Position numbers and translations under genes: made by a program
The notes under the pieces: generated by a model
The model's input: the letters and a program-made list of their open reading frames with translations, nothing else
What the model was told of the DNA's origin: nothing
Databases searched by the model: none
Shown here: positions 12,311 through 25,337 of the stretch, piece by piece
How positions within the stretch are numbered: position 1 is the stretch's first letter
How the letters are laid out: the number at the start of each line of letters is the position of its first letter
Assembly (NCBI GenBank): GCA_002189035.1
Contig: NEEC01000002.1
Span: 1,798,001-1,862,000, forward strand
Length of the DNA: 64,000 nucleotides
Origin: Utricularia gibba
Lineage: Eukaryota > Plantae > Magnoliophyta
Direction: 5' to 3'

Positions 12311-13905
12311 ATGGAGGCCGGCTACAATCCCCGATCTGTTGAGGAAGTCTTCAAGGATTTTAAGGGTAGAAGAGCTGGCCTTATTAAGGCCCTTACTACA
12401 GGTTTTTTCTTTTTTATACATTCGGTTTATGGTTTTGATAACTTGCTCTCTTGTTTTGTTCATGGTTATGATGATTATTGGAGCTTTGGTTTTGCAGATG
12501 CCGAAGAGTTCTTCCGGCAGTGTGATCCAGGTTTGTTTTATCTTCTTTTTTTAATTAGAAGTTAGTGGAATTTGGTGATTACCTTTATCTTACTTAGGAA
12601 AGTTTTTAATTGGGTTTTTAATTAAGGTTTAAAGTGTTTTCCCCTGCTTGTTAGTGATTCAATTGGTTTCAAACCGGTAAGTTTGAAGCGAGCGGCTGAA
12701 TATGGAACCCTTTGTTTAGCCAGATTTGGGAATAACTGTGAAGCACTTTGGGTTTATGGTTTTCATGGGTAAAAGATGTGAGCCTTATTCTGTTGTATGT
12801 TTGTGCACGTTGTTTAACATTAGCGTGTAGGGAATGGATAATGACCTAGTTCTCTTTGTGCTGGATCATGTTTGAATTCCCGCAGCTATTTAGTCTTATT
12901 GCGATGGTTATTTTGCTATTTTATCTGTGGAGACTACTGGTATCCATTAAGTTTTCTGTCTTTTAGATTTATTTCACAGATAGACAGGTCTGAAGGTTAT
13001 TAATATTTCATTATGATTGAAGCCAAAGAGCATCCGTATTTCCTGGCTCTTTTGTGGCCTCCCGTAGGTCGGCTAGTAGACTACGAAATTTTTCTTCTTG
13101 TGGCTGCAGAGAAGGAGAATTTGTGCTTGTATGGTTTCCCAAGTGAGCAGTGGGAGGTGAATTTGCCTGCAGAAGAAGTACCACCCGAGCTTCCAGAGCC
13201 AGCTCTGGGCATCAACTTTGCTAGAGATGGAATGGAGGAGAAGGACTGGCTCTCTCTAGTTGCTGTGCACAGTGATGCCTGGCTGGTTGCTGTCGCCTTT
13301 TATTTTGGTGCTAGATTTGGGTTTCAGAAAGCTGACAGGTAGTGCATGCAATGCTGTTTTATCATGCTTCAAAGTGATTCCGACTCTCACATTTTGATCC
13401 GATAGTCCCAAATATGTGCATCTAATGCCCATTGTGGATGTCCAGGAAACGTCTTTTCAACATGATAAACGAGCTACCCACCATCTTTGAAGTAGTTACA
13501 GGCGCTGCCAAGAAACAGCACAAGGAGAAATCTTCTTCAGTCTCAAATCATATTCATAGCAGCAGCAAGTCACAGCAGGCCAACTCCAAATCTGTAAGTT
13601 CCCTTCCCCCCAACCAGCTCTCCTCTTTTTTAACCAACTTGATACATTGTGGGTTACACAAGCAGGGTAGTAAACCCATAAAGAGACAGTCTGATGAAGA
13701 GGAGGAGGAGGAGGACGAAGAGGAGCATGGAGAAGCAGTATGCGGTGCCTGTGGAGATAACAATGGAACAGATGAATTCTGGATATGCTGTGACATATGC
13801 GAGACTTGGTTTCACGGTAAGTGTGTGAAGATAACTCCGGCTAGAGCTGAGCATATCAAGCAATACAAGTGCCCTTCCTGCACCAACAAGCGACCCCGAC
13901 CCTGA
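12311..13905 (+). CDS. AL: Alfin-like PHD-finger protein
   Basis: PAL domain ([25 protein letters not shown]; [40 protein letters not shown]), acidic tract, C-terminal [32 protein letters not shown]. Confidence 0.96.
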
Positions 13906-14438
13906 GCCCCATCTTCCAACGTAACGCAGTTCAATATCATCACCCCGCTAATGCTCGGTTATCAAAATTGTTACTGTTCCTAGTTTCCCCCTGTTTCAAG
14001 TACTGTGTATCTGTTTAGCATGATAACCATCTTTGCAAGTCCTTGCATGCACTAAGATCTTGTTTTATTTGGTAGTGTATTTTAATTTACTCCGTATTAA
14101 ATGTGATTGAGATTATTGGATTTGAAGAAGTATAAATATATTTTGTAGTATTTTTCACTTATTTTATAATATTAGTAAACGATGATTATAATAGATAATC
14201 AACATGGGAGATCCAAACGCACCAGTCGGGTAGCTATTGTACGGCATTTCTACCTTTTCTTTGTACCTTTTTCCTTTTCTTTCAAAATTCAAATTTCAAA
14301 CGTTCCTCCTCACTCACATTGAACACACGGCCTTCCTTCTGCTATCGACTTGGCTTTGAATCTTTGCGGTTCTTCTATTTTTATCTGGTTTGGGCAGCCG
14401 AAGCTCTCTCGTTGCAACAAGGGGAGCGTTGCTTCGTC

Positions 14439-15916
14439 ATGGGTGTTCCTGGGAAGTGGGTTCGTTCCTTCGTTGCTTTCAGAAAGCCTTCTCAAACTGT
14501 ACGTCGCATCATCCCCTGAAACACTCACTTCTTCCTTGGTCCTTATGTTTTCTGGGTTTTCTTTTCAGGAAAAAGGGGGTGACAACAAGCTGAGGAAGTG
14601 GATACTATGGAGGAGCTCTTCCGGCGGGATGGTCAGAGAATTGGAAGTATCTCCCCCGGTTGCTGACCGCGAAATGGCCGCCGCCATGGCCGCTTTGGCC
14701 AAAGCTTCGCCGAAAGATTTCATGGCCGTCAGGCGTGAGTGGGCAGCTGTTAGGATTCAAACAGTGTTTCGCTCTTTTCTGGTAATCAATCAATCTTTCA
14801 CCAAAATTCATCTTGGTTTTCAAAAAATGCTTTCTTGATGAGGTTTGGTTGTTTCTCTCTTCTTCTTTTTCCTGAAGGCGAAGCGCGCCTTGAGAGCCTT
14901 GAAGGCGTTGGTGAGACTCCAAGCCATAGTTCGTGGGCGACTTGTAAGAAAACAGGTTGCAGTTACCTTGAGATGTATGCAGGCGATGGTTCGGGTTCAA
15001 GAACGAGTAAGAGCTAAAGCTCAGTGCACTGAATTGTCTTTCGGACACCATCATGGGCTCCTCGATTCTGTAAAAATGGCCGCCGTCGCCTCTGAGGTTT
15101 GATCAGATGATATGAGATGCCTTTTTGTCTTAAGTTATCTACTTCTTCACAGCAGTGTTGTAATAACAGGGGCATGGAGGGTGGTGTGATAGCCCAGGAA
15201 CAGTCGAACAACTCAAATCTAAGCTTGAATTGAAGCACCAGGGAGCCATCAAAAGGGAAAGGGCAACCATTTACGCTCTTTCTAAGCAGCAGGTGATGGA
15301 TGAATAAATAGAACACTTCTTTGTCTTAATAAGGTGCTGATCGTTGTCAGATTCAGGCGAAAACTCCCAAATCATCATCTTGTTGCAAAATGGCAACTCC
15401 ATCCAATTCGGACAGCGGCTCAGGACTTGAATGGCTGGAGCGATGGGTGGCAGTGAAGCCATGCCAGTCGTCCAGGATGATGGAAGAAACTGAACATGGT
15501 AACTCAGACTGTATCTCTGGTGGATCATATTCCATCACATCGGATCAAGATTCCTTTCGAACCAGAAGAAGAACCCCCTGAGTTACCAGATGCAGAGATC
15601 TTCCTCTGAACCGTCCCACGAATCTCCCTCTTCATCAACCGCCACTTCAGAGTCACCAGGTTTCAGTGACAACAAGCCCAGCTACATGAGTATGACCAGC
15701 TCAATGAAGGCCAAGCAGAATGCTGTGGCCTCTTCACAGCATTCAATCCGAAGGCATTCTGTGGAGGAGTTGCCATATCGTCACAACCCAAGTCCTCTGT
15801 CCAAGGGAAACAGCCGGATGAGTGCTGATGTAGATTTGTACACGCACCATTCCACCAGGGATGTCATCAACAGCAGCAACAAAAGCAAAGCATTGAAGAA
15901 GAGAGCAGATCATTAA
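14439..15916 (+). CDS. IQD: IQ67-domain calmodulin-binding protein
   Basis: [12 protein letters not shown] start; IQ67 split by the usual phase-0 intron ([13 protein letters not shown]|[26 protein letters not shown]); [13 protein letters not shown]; WLERWVA; [13 protein letters not shown]. Confidence 0.93.
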
Positions 15917-16574
15917 CCACAGTGGGAAATTTGTCATTATGCTGCTGTCCTGTGCTTTGAATCCAATTCAACTGCTTGTTGTTGAAATATTTATATATGT
16001 ATTTTTTGTTTTATTGAATTGAGTTTATTAATAATTCAAAATATAAAAACTTTTTAAGATTTGGAGCTTTTTCTGGGAGACTAATGGCTTTTGGTCCAGT
16101 TCTAATCTGTCCAAATGGAAGGCGAAGTTCTCTTACAGAAACAGCCACCAGCACAAGGTGTTAAAAGACAGGGGAAGCAGAGGGCACGGACTCGTTGTCC
16201 GAAGGGAGACAAAACATATGACAGCCGATGCAAATGGAAGAAGATGATGAGAGAGCGTGTTTGAGGATGCAATCTTCTGAGATTTAGTGGTGACCCGCTT
16301 TATTCGCTGATTTGCTCGTCTTCTTTGCGCTCCCACCACCTGTACGGCTCACTCCCTACATTCTTTCCTCCACCCAACATGGTGTCTCTCTCTCTGGTTC
16401 TCTGTCTTGTTTTGGTTATATCAAATCGAATCAAATCCAATCCAATCCAATCTCATGCGTATGTTTCTTGCTCACTCACTCTGATTCTGGGGATTGAGAC
16501 GGGTCTTCGTCCTGATGCCTTCTTTCTGTGCCATTTTTTTTATCATTGCGTTGATGAGTCTCCTTGAAAAGAAA

Positions 16575-18247
16575 ATGGAGTCAGAAGGACATGAGACAGA
16601 TGATCATCCTTCTTTGGGTCTGTCTCGCCGTCCCATTCCTAGGCTGCAACTGCAATTCACTGCAGATGAACAGCATTACGCCTCATCACCCGCTCCACTT
16701 CTTTCCCACCACGACAATCATATTAGAACTGTGGAGGGGTCATCATCGTCCACTCGGAGCTACACTGTTTTAAACTCTGTCAGCTTTCTATTATTTGGGG
16801 AGTTCTGGTTTTGTGTGTATTATGTTGGCTTCCAGCTTACCAGTCTCTGATTTTTGAGTTTCAGGGTTGTAATCAGTATGACGGAGGGCTTGCTTCTGTT
16901 GCTGCTACTGCAGGCTCAGTCTCCACAGCACAGCTTCCCAAGGAGACTTATTGGAAAGACGTTTCATTTCACTCTGTAGGGAACAAAAGAAAAATTACTG
17001 TAGATGGGAAACGCCAACACCCACCATTCTCCTCCCTACAGCTTGGAGATAAAGCTTTCAGTTTGTGCTCCAAGGACACTGCATTCTTCTCTAAAGGGAA
17101 ACACATTGACAAAGATGATGCGTCACCAAGATGTGTGAAACCAACACATGATGATGTCATAAAAGCCATAGGAAAGAAGCTTTTTTGGAAAGCAAGAAAC
17201 ACAATCATTCAGTGAGTACTCTGGCTCCTGAAAGCAAGCAAAAAACTTCAGTTTCGTCCATTATTTCTTCATGGTAACAACTGACTTCAGTAACTGACAT
17301 GTGCTTGTCTATTATCAGCCAGCAGCGAGTGTTTTCCTTTCAGGTGTTCGAGTTACATCGCCTGATAAAGGTACTTGTTCATTGTGAATGATTCATTTCT
17401 CACTCAGCTTTATAGTTGTCATAGCATCTTGTGTTGCTGCATTCAGGTGCAGAAGCACATCCTAAAACGACCCAAACCTTCGTGTAAAAGCAGCATCTTC
17501 CACGATCTGAATCCTTCTACTAGATTCCCAGCAAGGAACATGCTGCTCCTTCCAAATGCATTGGACTCAGATTCTAAACCAGTGGATTCTAGAGTTAATT
17601 CATTCAGTGCATTCTCTAGTGACACCAGACCACAACCTTGGTATCTCCATTCACCGTACGAAGGTCCGTGGCTAGCTCCGGTGAGATCTCCATCGGAGGG
17701 ACAAGTCTACAGGCCTTACAATGGACCAGTTTTTCCAGCCCTCAGATTCATGAACACCGCCCCATACGGAAGTCATGATCATCTGAGTAATGGCGCCCCT
17801 GCTTCGACTAGCAACGATGCCGGACCATATCACAGCAGCTCCGTTAGCCATTGTTATCTCCAAGGTTACTCGATGCCACTGTTTGGTACAAATGAAACCA
17901 GACTGGAACCTAAGAAGACTTCATGTGTACTTGAGATATCATCAGGCAAAACTACGAGTCAAGAGAGTGCTCCTGTTTCTGATTACCAAGAAGATTCATG
18001 TCGACCAGCCGGGGAAAACGAAAGTACAGGCAATCCAATGGATCCCCTTCAAGGAGGCGCCACGGCTGCACTTTCTCTTTTTCCGACTATTCCATCAGCT
18101 GGGGGCTTAAAGAACAGTACCAGCAAGCCTGATGCACAGGTAGTGAGGGTTGTTCCTCATAACCGGAACTTGGCACTGGAATCAGCTAAGCGAATACTCG
18201 AGTCCATACAAGAAGAAAGGAGCAGCAAACCCCATCAGCTTCGGTGA
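16575..18247 (+). CDS. ELF3: ELF3/EEC-like protein, about 470 aa, 4 exons
   Basis: [41 protein letters not shown] (block II), WLAPVRSPSEGQVYRPY (block III), VVRVVPHN..ESAKRILESIQEER (block IV). Exon 1 donor is uncertain. Confidence 0.87.
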
Positions 18248-18766
18248 TATGTGTTACAGCCTTACAGGTATAAAGGAAACTCATTATCTGATGATGGTTT
18301 CACTCAAGTGGTCTGTTTAGTGTAAATAGATACACAAGGAAATGGTTAGAAAACACACAAGAGTCAGCTATACTCGTGTATCTGTTCACACTACCTGTAC
18401 TGTATGTAAACGATTAATCCATGATTTTTCTCCTTTTCTGTTGATGTGTGCTGAGTTCTGAGAATGTGAAATTTTACTCTTAGTTTCCATCATACCCGAG
18501 TAGTTGAAAGCATGAGATTTTGAGGGTGCCATCATACGTATTGGTGAGGTTCCATTGGCCAGTTCTCTCCACAGTGGACACAATAAAGTAATTTTCTCAA
18601 AAAATAATTTTCAAAAATTGTATTTATTTGAGTTTTTATATTTTATTAAAAATAAAAATTATGTTTGATTATAAAACCTTTTTGTGTTTTATTTGCTATT
18701 CACAAAAATCAAATAAGGATTTGAGATCAAATTAATAATAAAAAGGTTGAGATTAATGGGCTTTAC

Positions 18767-18790
18767 AGGCCCGAGCTATTAGGGCCCAAT
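18767..18790 (+). promoter_or_regulatory. Site II (TGGGCY/GGCCCA-like) cluster upstream of CAP1
   Basis: atgggct..aggcccgagctattagggcccaat about 200 bp upstream of the ATG; similar clusters occur upstream of GBP (about 4190) and UBP (about 48330). Confidence 0.4.
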
Positions 18791-18982
18791 AAATGAAAAA
18801 GCCTATTAATAAATGAGTTGTGTTGGTGCTCCTTTACTTTTACGGAGGCCAGATTTTCTTTTAATTAAGGAAATCAAAATACAACGAACTCAAGTTGTTG
18901 GGCATTTTCCCTGGAATTCCCACTTAAATTGGACGGGTGGGAAGCACTCAAGGCCGGAGCTTTTTTGGGAGGCATTTCATCA

Positions 18983-21828
18983 ATGGATGAGAGCTTGATT
19001 AGGAGATTAGAAGCCGCGGTGGCGCGGCTGGAGGCGCTTTCCGCCGGTAGTGTTAGTCGAGAGCTAGATGCGGCGGATGCCAGCGAAGATACTGCATCGT
19101 CGGATCCTTCGATATTGGCGTACGAAGATCTCATCTCGGAGCGCGTCGGGAGAGTTTTGAGTGCTGGAGAGAAGATCGGAGGTCAGGTTTTGGATATCTC
19201 GAAAATTATTCAGGAAGCATTTAGCGCGCAGAAGGAGCTTCTTGTGAAAACCAAGCATACTCAGGTTATTTTTGTTATGATGTCTTTATTGGGTGTCGAC
19301 AGAGTTTTTTGGTGATCGTTCATTTCTCTGTGATCGCTTGGGTTTTGTATGCTTCTTAATTCTGATAGTATATGTTAGAAAGAATGAGATAGAGAAAGTG
19401 TAATGTGAGTGTCAGAGAAGAAGAGAAGACTTAAGTGGAGAGTGTCATCTGAATAATTCAAATCTCTCGAGTTATCAGGATAGAAGTCCCTTCTGTTGAT
19501 ACTATTAAATTGCAGCGGTCAATGGCTAGACCCCTTCTATTTATACTACCAAATTACAGCGGCCAACAGCTATACTACTTCTCGTGTACTGTGATTGAAT
19601 TCATTAAGCATCATCATGTTGAAATATCATGCAGTAAATATGTTTGGAAGGTGTGTTTTCATGAACATCGTTTTAGGAATTAAGTAAGAATCTGCTGAAG
19701 TTTTAGTATTCTGATGTACATATTGCTGTTATGTGATGCTATTTTGCTTCATTCCCGCTTTTCTTTTTCTTTGTTGAATTATGATATTATTTCTATCTTT
19801 CAGAAACCGGAAATGAATGCATTACTTGAAGTTCTTAAGCCCTTAAATGATGTGATCATGAAAGCATCAGCATTAACCGAGGGAAGGCGATCTCAGTTTT
19901 TTAACCACTTAAAAACTGGTGCTGATAGCCTTGCAGCTCTAGCATGGGTTGCTTATACCGGTAGAGACTGCGGTAAGAAGCACACATGGGTTCCTAGCAT
20001 TTTCAGTTGTTCATCACCAGAAGTTATGACCAAATTTTCCATGTGTCAGGTATGAGCATGCCTATCTCACATGTTGAAGATAGTTGGCAAGTGGCTGAAT
20101 TTTACTGTAACAAGGTTAGCTTTCTGATTTTTTCTGCAGCTTAGCTTCATCTACTCTTCAATGTGGATGAAATATTCTACATCTCTTTCCAACATGCTTT
20201 TTGGTATTGTGTAAGGTTTTTTAACAACAGTAAATATAATCTGATAACTTCTGCTCCGATAACATCATATTATTTGTTTACCAGATACTCATAGAGTACA
20301 GAAACAAAGATGAAAATCATGTCGAATGGGCAAAAGCTATGAAGGAGTTATATATTCCAGGCTTGCGAGATTATGTGAAGAGCCATTATCCTCTGGGTCC
20401 AGTATGGAGCACCAACGCAAAGAAAAGTGCACCTCTGCCTACAAAACCTCCTACTACCCGTGGCCCAGCTCCTCCTCCCCCTCCTCCTGCTTCACTTTTC
20501 ACCTCTGAAAAAGCGCAGGCCTCCTCACATCGCCCAAAAGAAGGAATGGCTGCTGTTTTCCATGAAATCAATTCTGGGCAGGGAGTTACCTCTGGTATTG
20601 TATTACTCTTACTAGTTTCGTTATGTTAACTGTTTCATCAATTCACGCTTTGGTTTCCTCGTCATCAAGGCCTGAGAAAAGTCACGGATGATATGAAAAC
20701 CAAGAACCGGTCAGAAAGGTGTAGTGTGGTTAGTGCTTCCGATAAAAAGGTCAATGCTTCTCCAACTTCTTTCTCCAAAGAAGGGCCTCCAAAACTAGAA
20801 CTTCAGATGGGTCGCAAGTCAGTGAAACTTAGTCTTGTAAACATGGTCCTCTTGATTCATTTGCTTTATGGCCCAAGCCTATGTAAGTTTCTAACTCGTA
20901 TTCAGATGGGTGGTGGAGAACCAAGTTGGACGCAATAATCTACTCATTGATGATTGTGATGCAAAGCAGTCAGTGTATGTATATGGGTGCAAAAATTCTG
21001 TTTTGCAGGTTCAAGGTAAACGTTCTTGGCCCTAACCACTTACCTTAAATTGTAAGATGCTTCCCTCACTAGCCAGTCTTCAACGATCTTGCCTGAATAT
21101 AACAACATGCAGGAAAAGTGAACAACATTACTATTGACAAGTGCTCGAAAATGGGTGTGGTATTCAAGGTAAGCAGTAATTCTCTTTGAGAGTCAACTAG
21201 TGATTATGAGTCACTAGATCCATCTCAAGTAAACTGGAACTCTCTTTTTTCTAATCTAGTCCTGTCTTTTTGCATCTAGGATGTTGTGGCAGCTTGTGAG
21301 ATAGTCAATTGCACCTCTGTGGAGGTTCAGTGTCAGGTAATGGATCCAATGCTTCACTATTCCCGAATATCTCTGATCCCGAAACCACGCAAATTACCAG
21401 AATGGAAAGGAGTTTTCAAAAACACATATTTTCCCCTTTTAGGGATCAGCTCCTACAATATCCATCGACAACACATCAGGTTGCCAGCTCTACTTAAGCA
21501 AAGATTCTCTTGAAGCTTCTTTAACTACTGCAAAGTCCAGTGAAGTCAATGTGCTGGTACCTGCGTCTGATTCAGAGAGTGATTTGGTATGTTTCATACA
21601 TTCCTCTTCTCTGCTTCACAAGTGCTTGCTTACTCATCTCTATGGATATAAATTGCCTTCCACCAAAGACTGTTTCTTTTTATCCGCTTACCAGCAGCAG
21701 GAGAATATATCTTACACCATTTCTCACAAACATCTCTGCAGGTGGAGCTTGCATTACCTCAGCAATATGTTCATGTATACAACGGCAGCACGTTTGTGAC
21801 AACCCCCGTCTCCCACTCCGGAGGCTAG
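18983..21828 (+). CDS. CAP1: Cyclase-associated protein (actin-binding)
   Basis: [19 protein letters not shown] coiled coil, FFNHLK..LAWVAY, polyproline [26 protein letters not shown] beta-helix exons, end TTPVSHSGG*. Confidence 0.96.
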
Positions 21829-22466
21829 GCCAGCAACTCAACTCCACAATACTTTCACAGATTGAGGTTCTTGGTATTCATTTTGATGGAAGATGCATGA
21901 GATTTATTTGTCATCTTTGAGTTCTTTTGGTTTCTTGTTAGGTGTTTCCTAGACCAAATGTGTAATGGCAGCTTGCCTTAACGTGTGTTTGGGACAATTC
22001 TGTTGGAACGCATACACACTTGTGCTTGAGCATTGACTGTATTATCGCTGTTGTGCTTGCTTTTTAATCACGTAGAATTCGGCTCAGATTATTTTTATTT
22101 TTATTTTATATTAGATTAATAGGTATATAATTATTAATAATTAGTTATTAAGATACAAAAAATGTATTTTATTGATGCTACATATTTCAAACACTGTAGA
22201 AGAATATAGGATAGAATGCGATTTTAAATTTAAATAATTTTTTTCAGTTTAGGTCGATTTTAAATATAATTTGTTTTTGAGTTAATTTTGAATTTTAATT
22301 CATCCCCATGTTTTCCTATCTGTGCCGACTATGCGGTCCGCCACTTGAAAGAAAATAAGAGAATCCAGAATCACTTTTTCTAGAAGAGTGGGCAGTGGAA
22401 GAAATGTTTTGATCGGGAAGCGCATGTACATGTATGTACTTTGTGTTCGTTGATTAATCGGGAAGT

Positions 22467-23783
22467 ATGCCGTCGCGACGAAGAGCTATCCTCAAGGTTA
22501 TCATACTCGGCAACAGCGCGTAAGACGGGATTTTCGTCCTTCTTGGATTTCAAGACTCGACTTTTTTCTTGTCGGGTCGATGAATTCAGCTATTGCACTC
22601 GGTTTGGAGGTTAATCATTGATGTTATGCCATTGCAGTGTGGGCAAGACTTCGTTGATGAATCAGTATCCTTTTAGCTTTCTTTCGAATTGCGTGCTGGG
22701 AGTTGTGCTATTTTGTGGTTTTCAGTGGTTTGAGGGAGTTTCCTTGACATCTTGAGTAAAGGTATGTAAATAAGAGGTTCAGCAATCAGTACAAAGCCAC
22801 AATTGGTGCCGATTTTTTAACCAAGGAAGTGCAACTTGATGATCGGCTCTTCACTTTACAGGTTCGGTTTCTTCTTTAGGTCATCAATTCCAAATTGTTA
22901 TTTTATACAAAGTGTGTCTTTCTTTCATCATGTTTCCATTTGTTTAGATCTGGGACACTGCTGGCCAAGAAAGATTTCATAGCCTTGGGGTTGCTTTCTA
23001 CCGTGGGGCTGATTGTTGTGTGCTTGTCTACGACGTCAATGTGATGAAGTCATTTGAAAATCTTAACCACTGGAGAGAAGAATTCTTGGTCCAGGTATCA
23101 TATTATGGTTTACCCTTCTTTATTTCACCATTCTGCCTGCTTCATATTACATACTCTGCCCGTTGTTAAGATTCATTTGCACTTTAGCAACCAGAGAACG
23201 AAGTATTAGGAACATGTTTAGGTGGCTCCTTATAATACTTGAGTACTCATGCAGCAGAAACCCCGCTGCAGGCTGCACCATCGGATCCGGAAAATTTCCC
23301 CTTTATTGTGATTGGAAACAAGATTGATATCGATGGTGGAAGCACCCGAGTGGTAAAATTTTCTAGTTTCATCACCTCTCTCTATCTACTGCCTTTCTTT
23401 TACACATGCATCTGATCGCTTTTCGTTTCAGGTATCTGAGAAAAAGGCTCGGGCTTGGTGTGCCTTGAAAGGAAATATTCCCTATTTAGAGACGTCTGCC
23501 AAGGAAGGAACCAACGTGGAAGAAGCTTTCAAGGCCATCGCTGCGAATGCCCTCAAGACAGAACAAGAAGAAGAAGAAGTGTAAGTGGAAAGGCAATAAC
23601 CATATGTTATTTTTCTGTCATACAACCTACTTTTCCCTCACGATTTGATCATAGTGTGCTCATATGCATTCACTTGATTGCAAATCATACTAACCAGTTT
23701 CCCATACTGTTGAAAGCTACCTGCCCGAAACGATCGATGTTGCAAGAAGCAGCCATCAACAGTCCACCGGGTGTGAATGTTGA
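22467..23783 (+). CDS. RABG3: Rab7/RabG3 small GTPase (7 exons)
   Basis: [49 protein letters not shown]-terminal CEC* prenylation motif. Confidence 0.95.
22665..22761 (+). other. U12-type (minor spliceosome) GT-AG intron in RabG3
   Basis: 5' site GTATCCTTTT at 22665; branch-point match TTCCTTGAC at 22740-22748, 13 nt before the terminal AG; splicing restores MNQ-YVNK. Confidence 0.85.
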
Positions 23784-24051
23784 CACAGTGACAGCATATG
23801 GATCGGTGATTCTTTCGTTCTGATTGTAGAACGAAGGTAAACGAAGTGTGTCGCCCCTGTACCATGGAGCAAGTCTCTCATATTGCGTGCATACTCTGTT
23901 TTGAGATTTGTGAGATTGTTGTTAAAAAGCCATATATATATTTCTTGTTTAAACTGCAGAAGTACAGTCTTTCATTCTATAGTTCTCCAGCAGTCAAGAA
24001 CCTTCATGCCCCATACAACCAGATCTATGAAGCAGCCCACTGGATCTCCCA

Positions 24052-24381
24052 TCAAGGAGCAGGATGATATATTAACGCAGTGGATCCAGTGTCAAAGTCT
24101 TTGTCAAAAGCCTGCACCTTCACACTATCTTGCGCCTGATGATGAAGAATCCCACTGATCGCCTTCGGCATCTCCTTCTCCTTCATCACATCCTTCCAGT
24201 AGCTCTGTGCGTCCCTGCTCGATTCCACCGCACAAGCCACCTGCCCACCAAAAAAAAAAATGGAAGAAAACTAAACAAACAAAAAAAGAAAAGGTATGAA
24301 GAGCTGTTCCCTCTTCTTTCTCAATCTTACCAGCAGAACAGAGAGGAGGAGGAGCACCATGAAGCGTGAAGAAGCTGCCAT
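24052..24381 (-). CDS. Small secreted protein, organ-specific/ST-like precursor (about 80 aa, 2 exons)
   Basis: Signal peptide MAASSRFMVLLLLSVLL|VACA, then YWKDVMKEKEMPKAISGIL and C-terminal DFDTGSTALIYH. TATAAAT at 24435-24429. Confidence 0.85.
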
Positions 24382-25337
24382 TGCCTTCCCTATTTCTACA
24401 TGTGAGCTCTATGCAACTTGGACATGGTATTTATAGAGGGTTTAAGGTGATGAAACGCATAGTGTCATGTTGATTCCAATCCTAATCAAAAATTTCAAAA
24501 ATACTTCAAAATAATTTTATTATCAAATATAAACTATTTCAATACCAAAAAAATAATAAATCTAGAAACATTTCTTATTTTTCAAAAAGATATAATTTTT
24601 TTTATCTTTTATTTAATTGGAATTATTTTTTGAAAAATAGTATTGTTGAATTAGTTGAACCAAACAAGGTATTGGCCTGGATGAATTACTTAACCAAGTC
24701 AAACAACCAATGGCGTGGGGAATTAGCTCACAAAAGGTGGGAAATTAATTTTATATTTTTTTAAAAAAAAGGTAGACTGTCGAGGTGTCATTTCTATGAG
24801 CGTTAGGCAGTAATTTAATTGTAGGGTTTACTTTATCATCAATTAATTAAGAGCAACTTAAATTAATATTTTTATGATGTCAATCATAGATTACGAACTT
24901 AATCGTTTATTCATAAATCATTAATATTTGTCCTTATCTTTTAATCCATGCCCTTTATTGTTAGAACATATATTTTTTTAGGTTGGATAATCATCAATAT
25001 TCATTATTTGAAATAATATTTTTTTTCTAAATTGATATAGATAGATAAGTTATTGATTGTTTTCTTTAGAAAATCATATAAAATGTATCTTTTTTTCAAA
25101 TTTTATAGTCAATTAGATATTATTTTTCATAGGATAAAAAAAAAATCCGGATATTATTAAAAAAATTATATATGAGAGTCCAACAGGGGTACGCAAACGG
25201 TAAAGGAGAGATATTTATGTGTTGACGGATATGATGAAACTCTTCATATGTAACAAACTATATGTAACTGTCTTCTGAATGCCTTATCTTGTCCTTCTCC
25301 ATTGCCGGCGAATCAGAAAGACAAGAAGAGGAATTGA

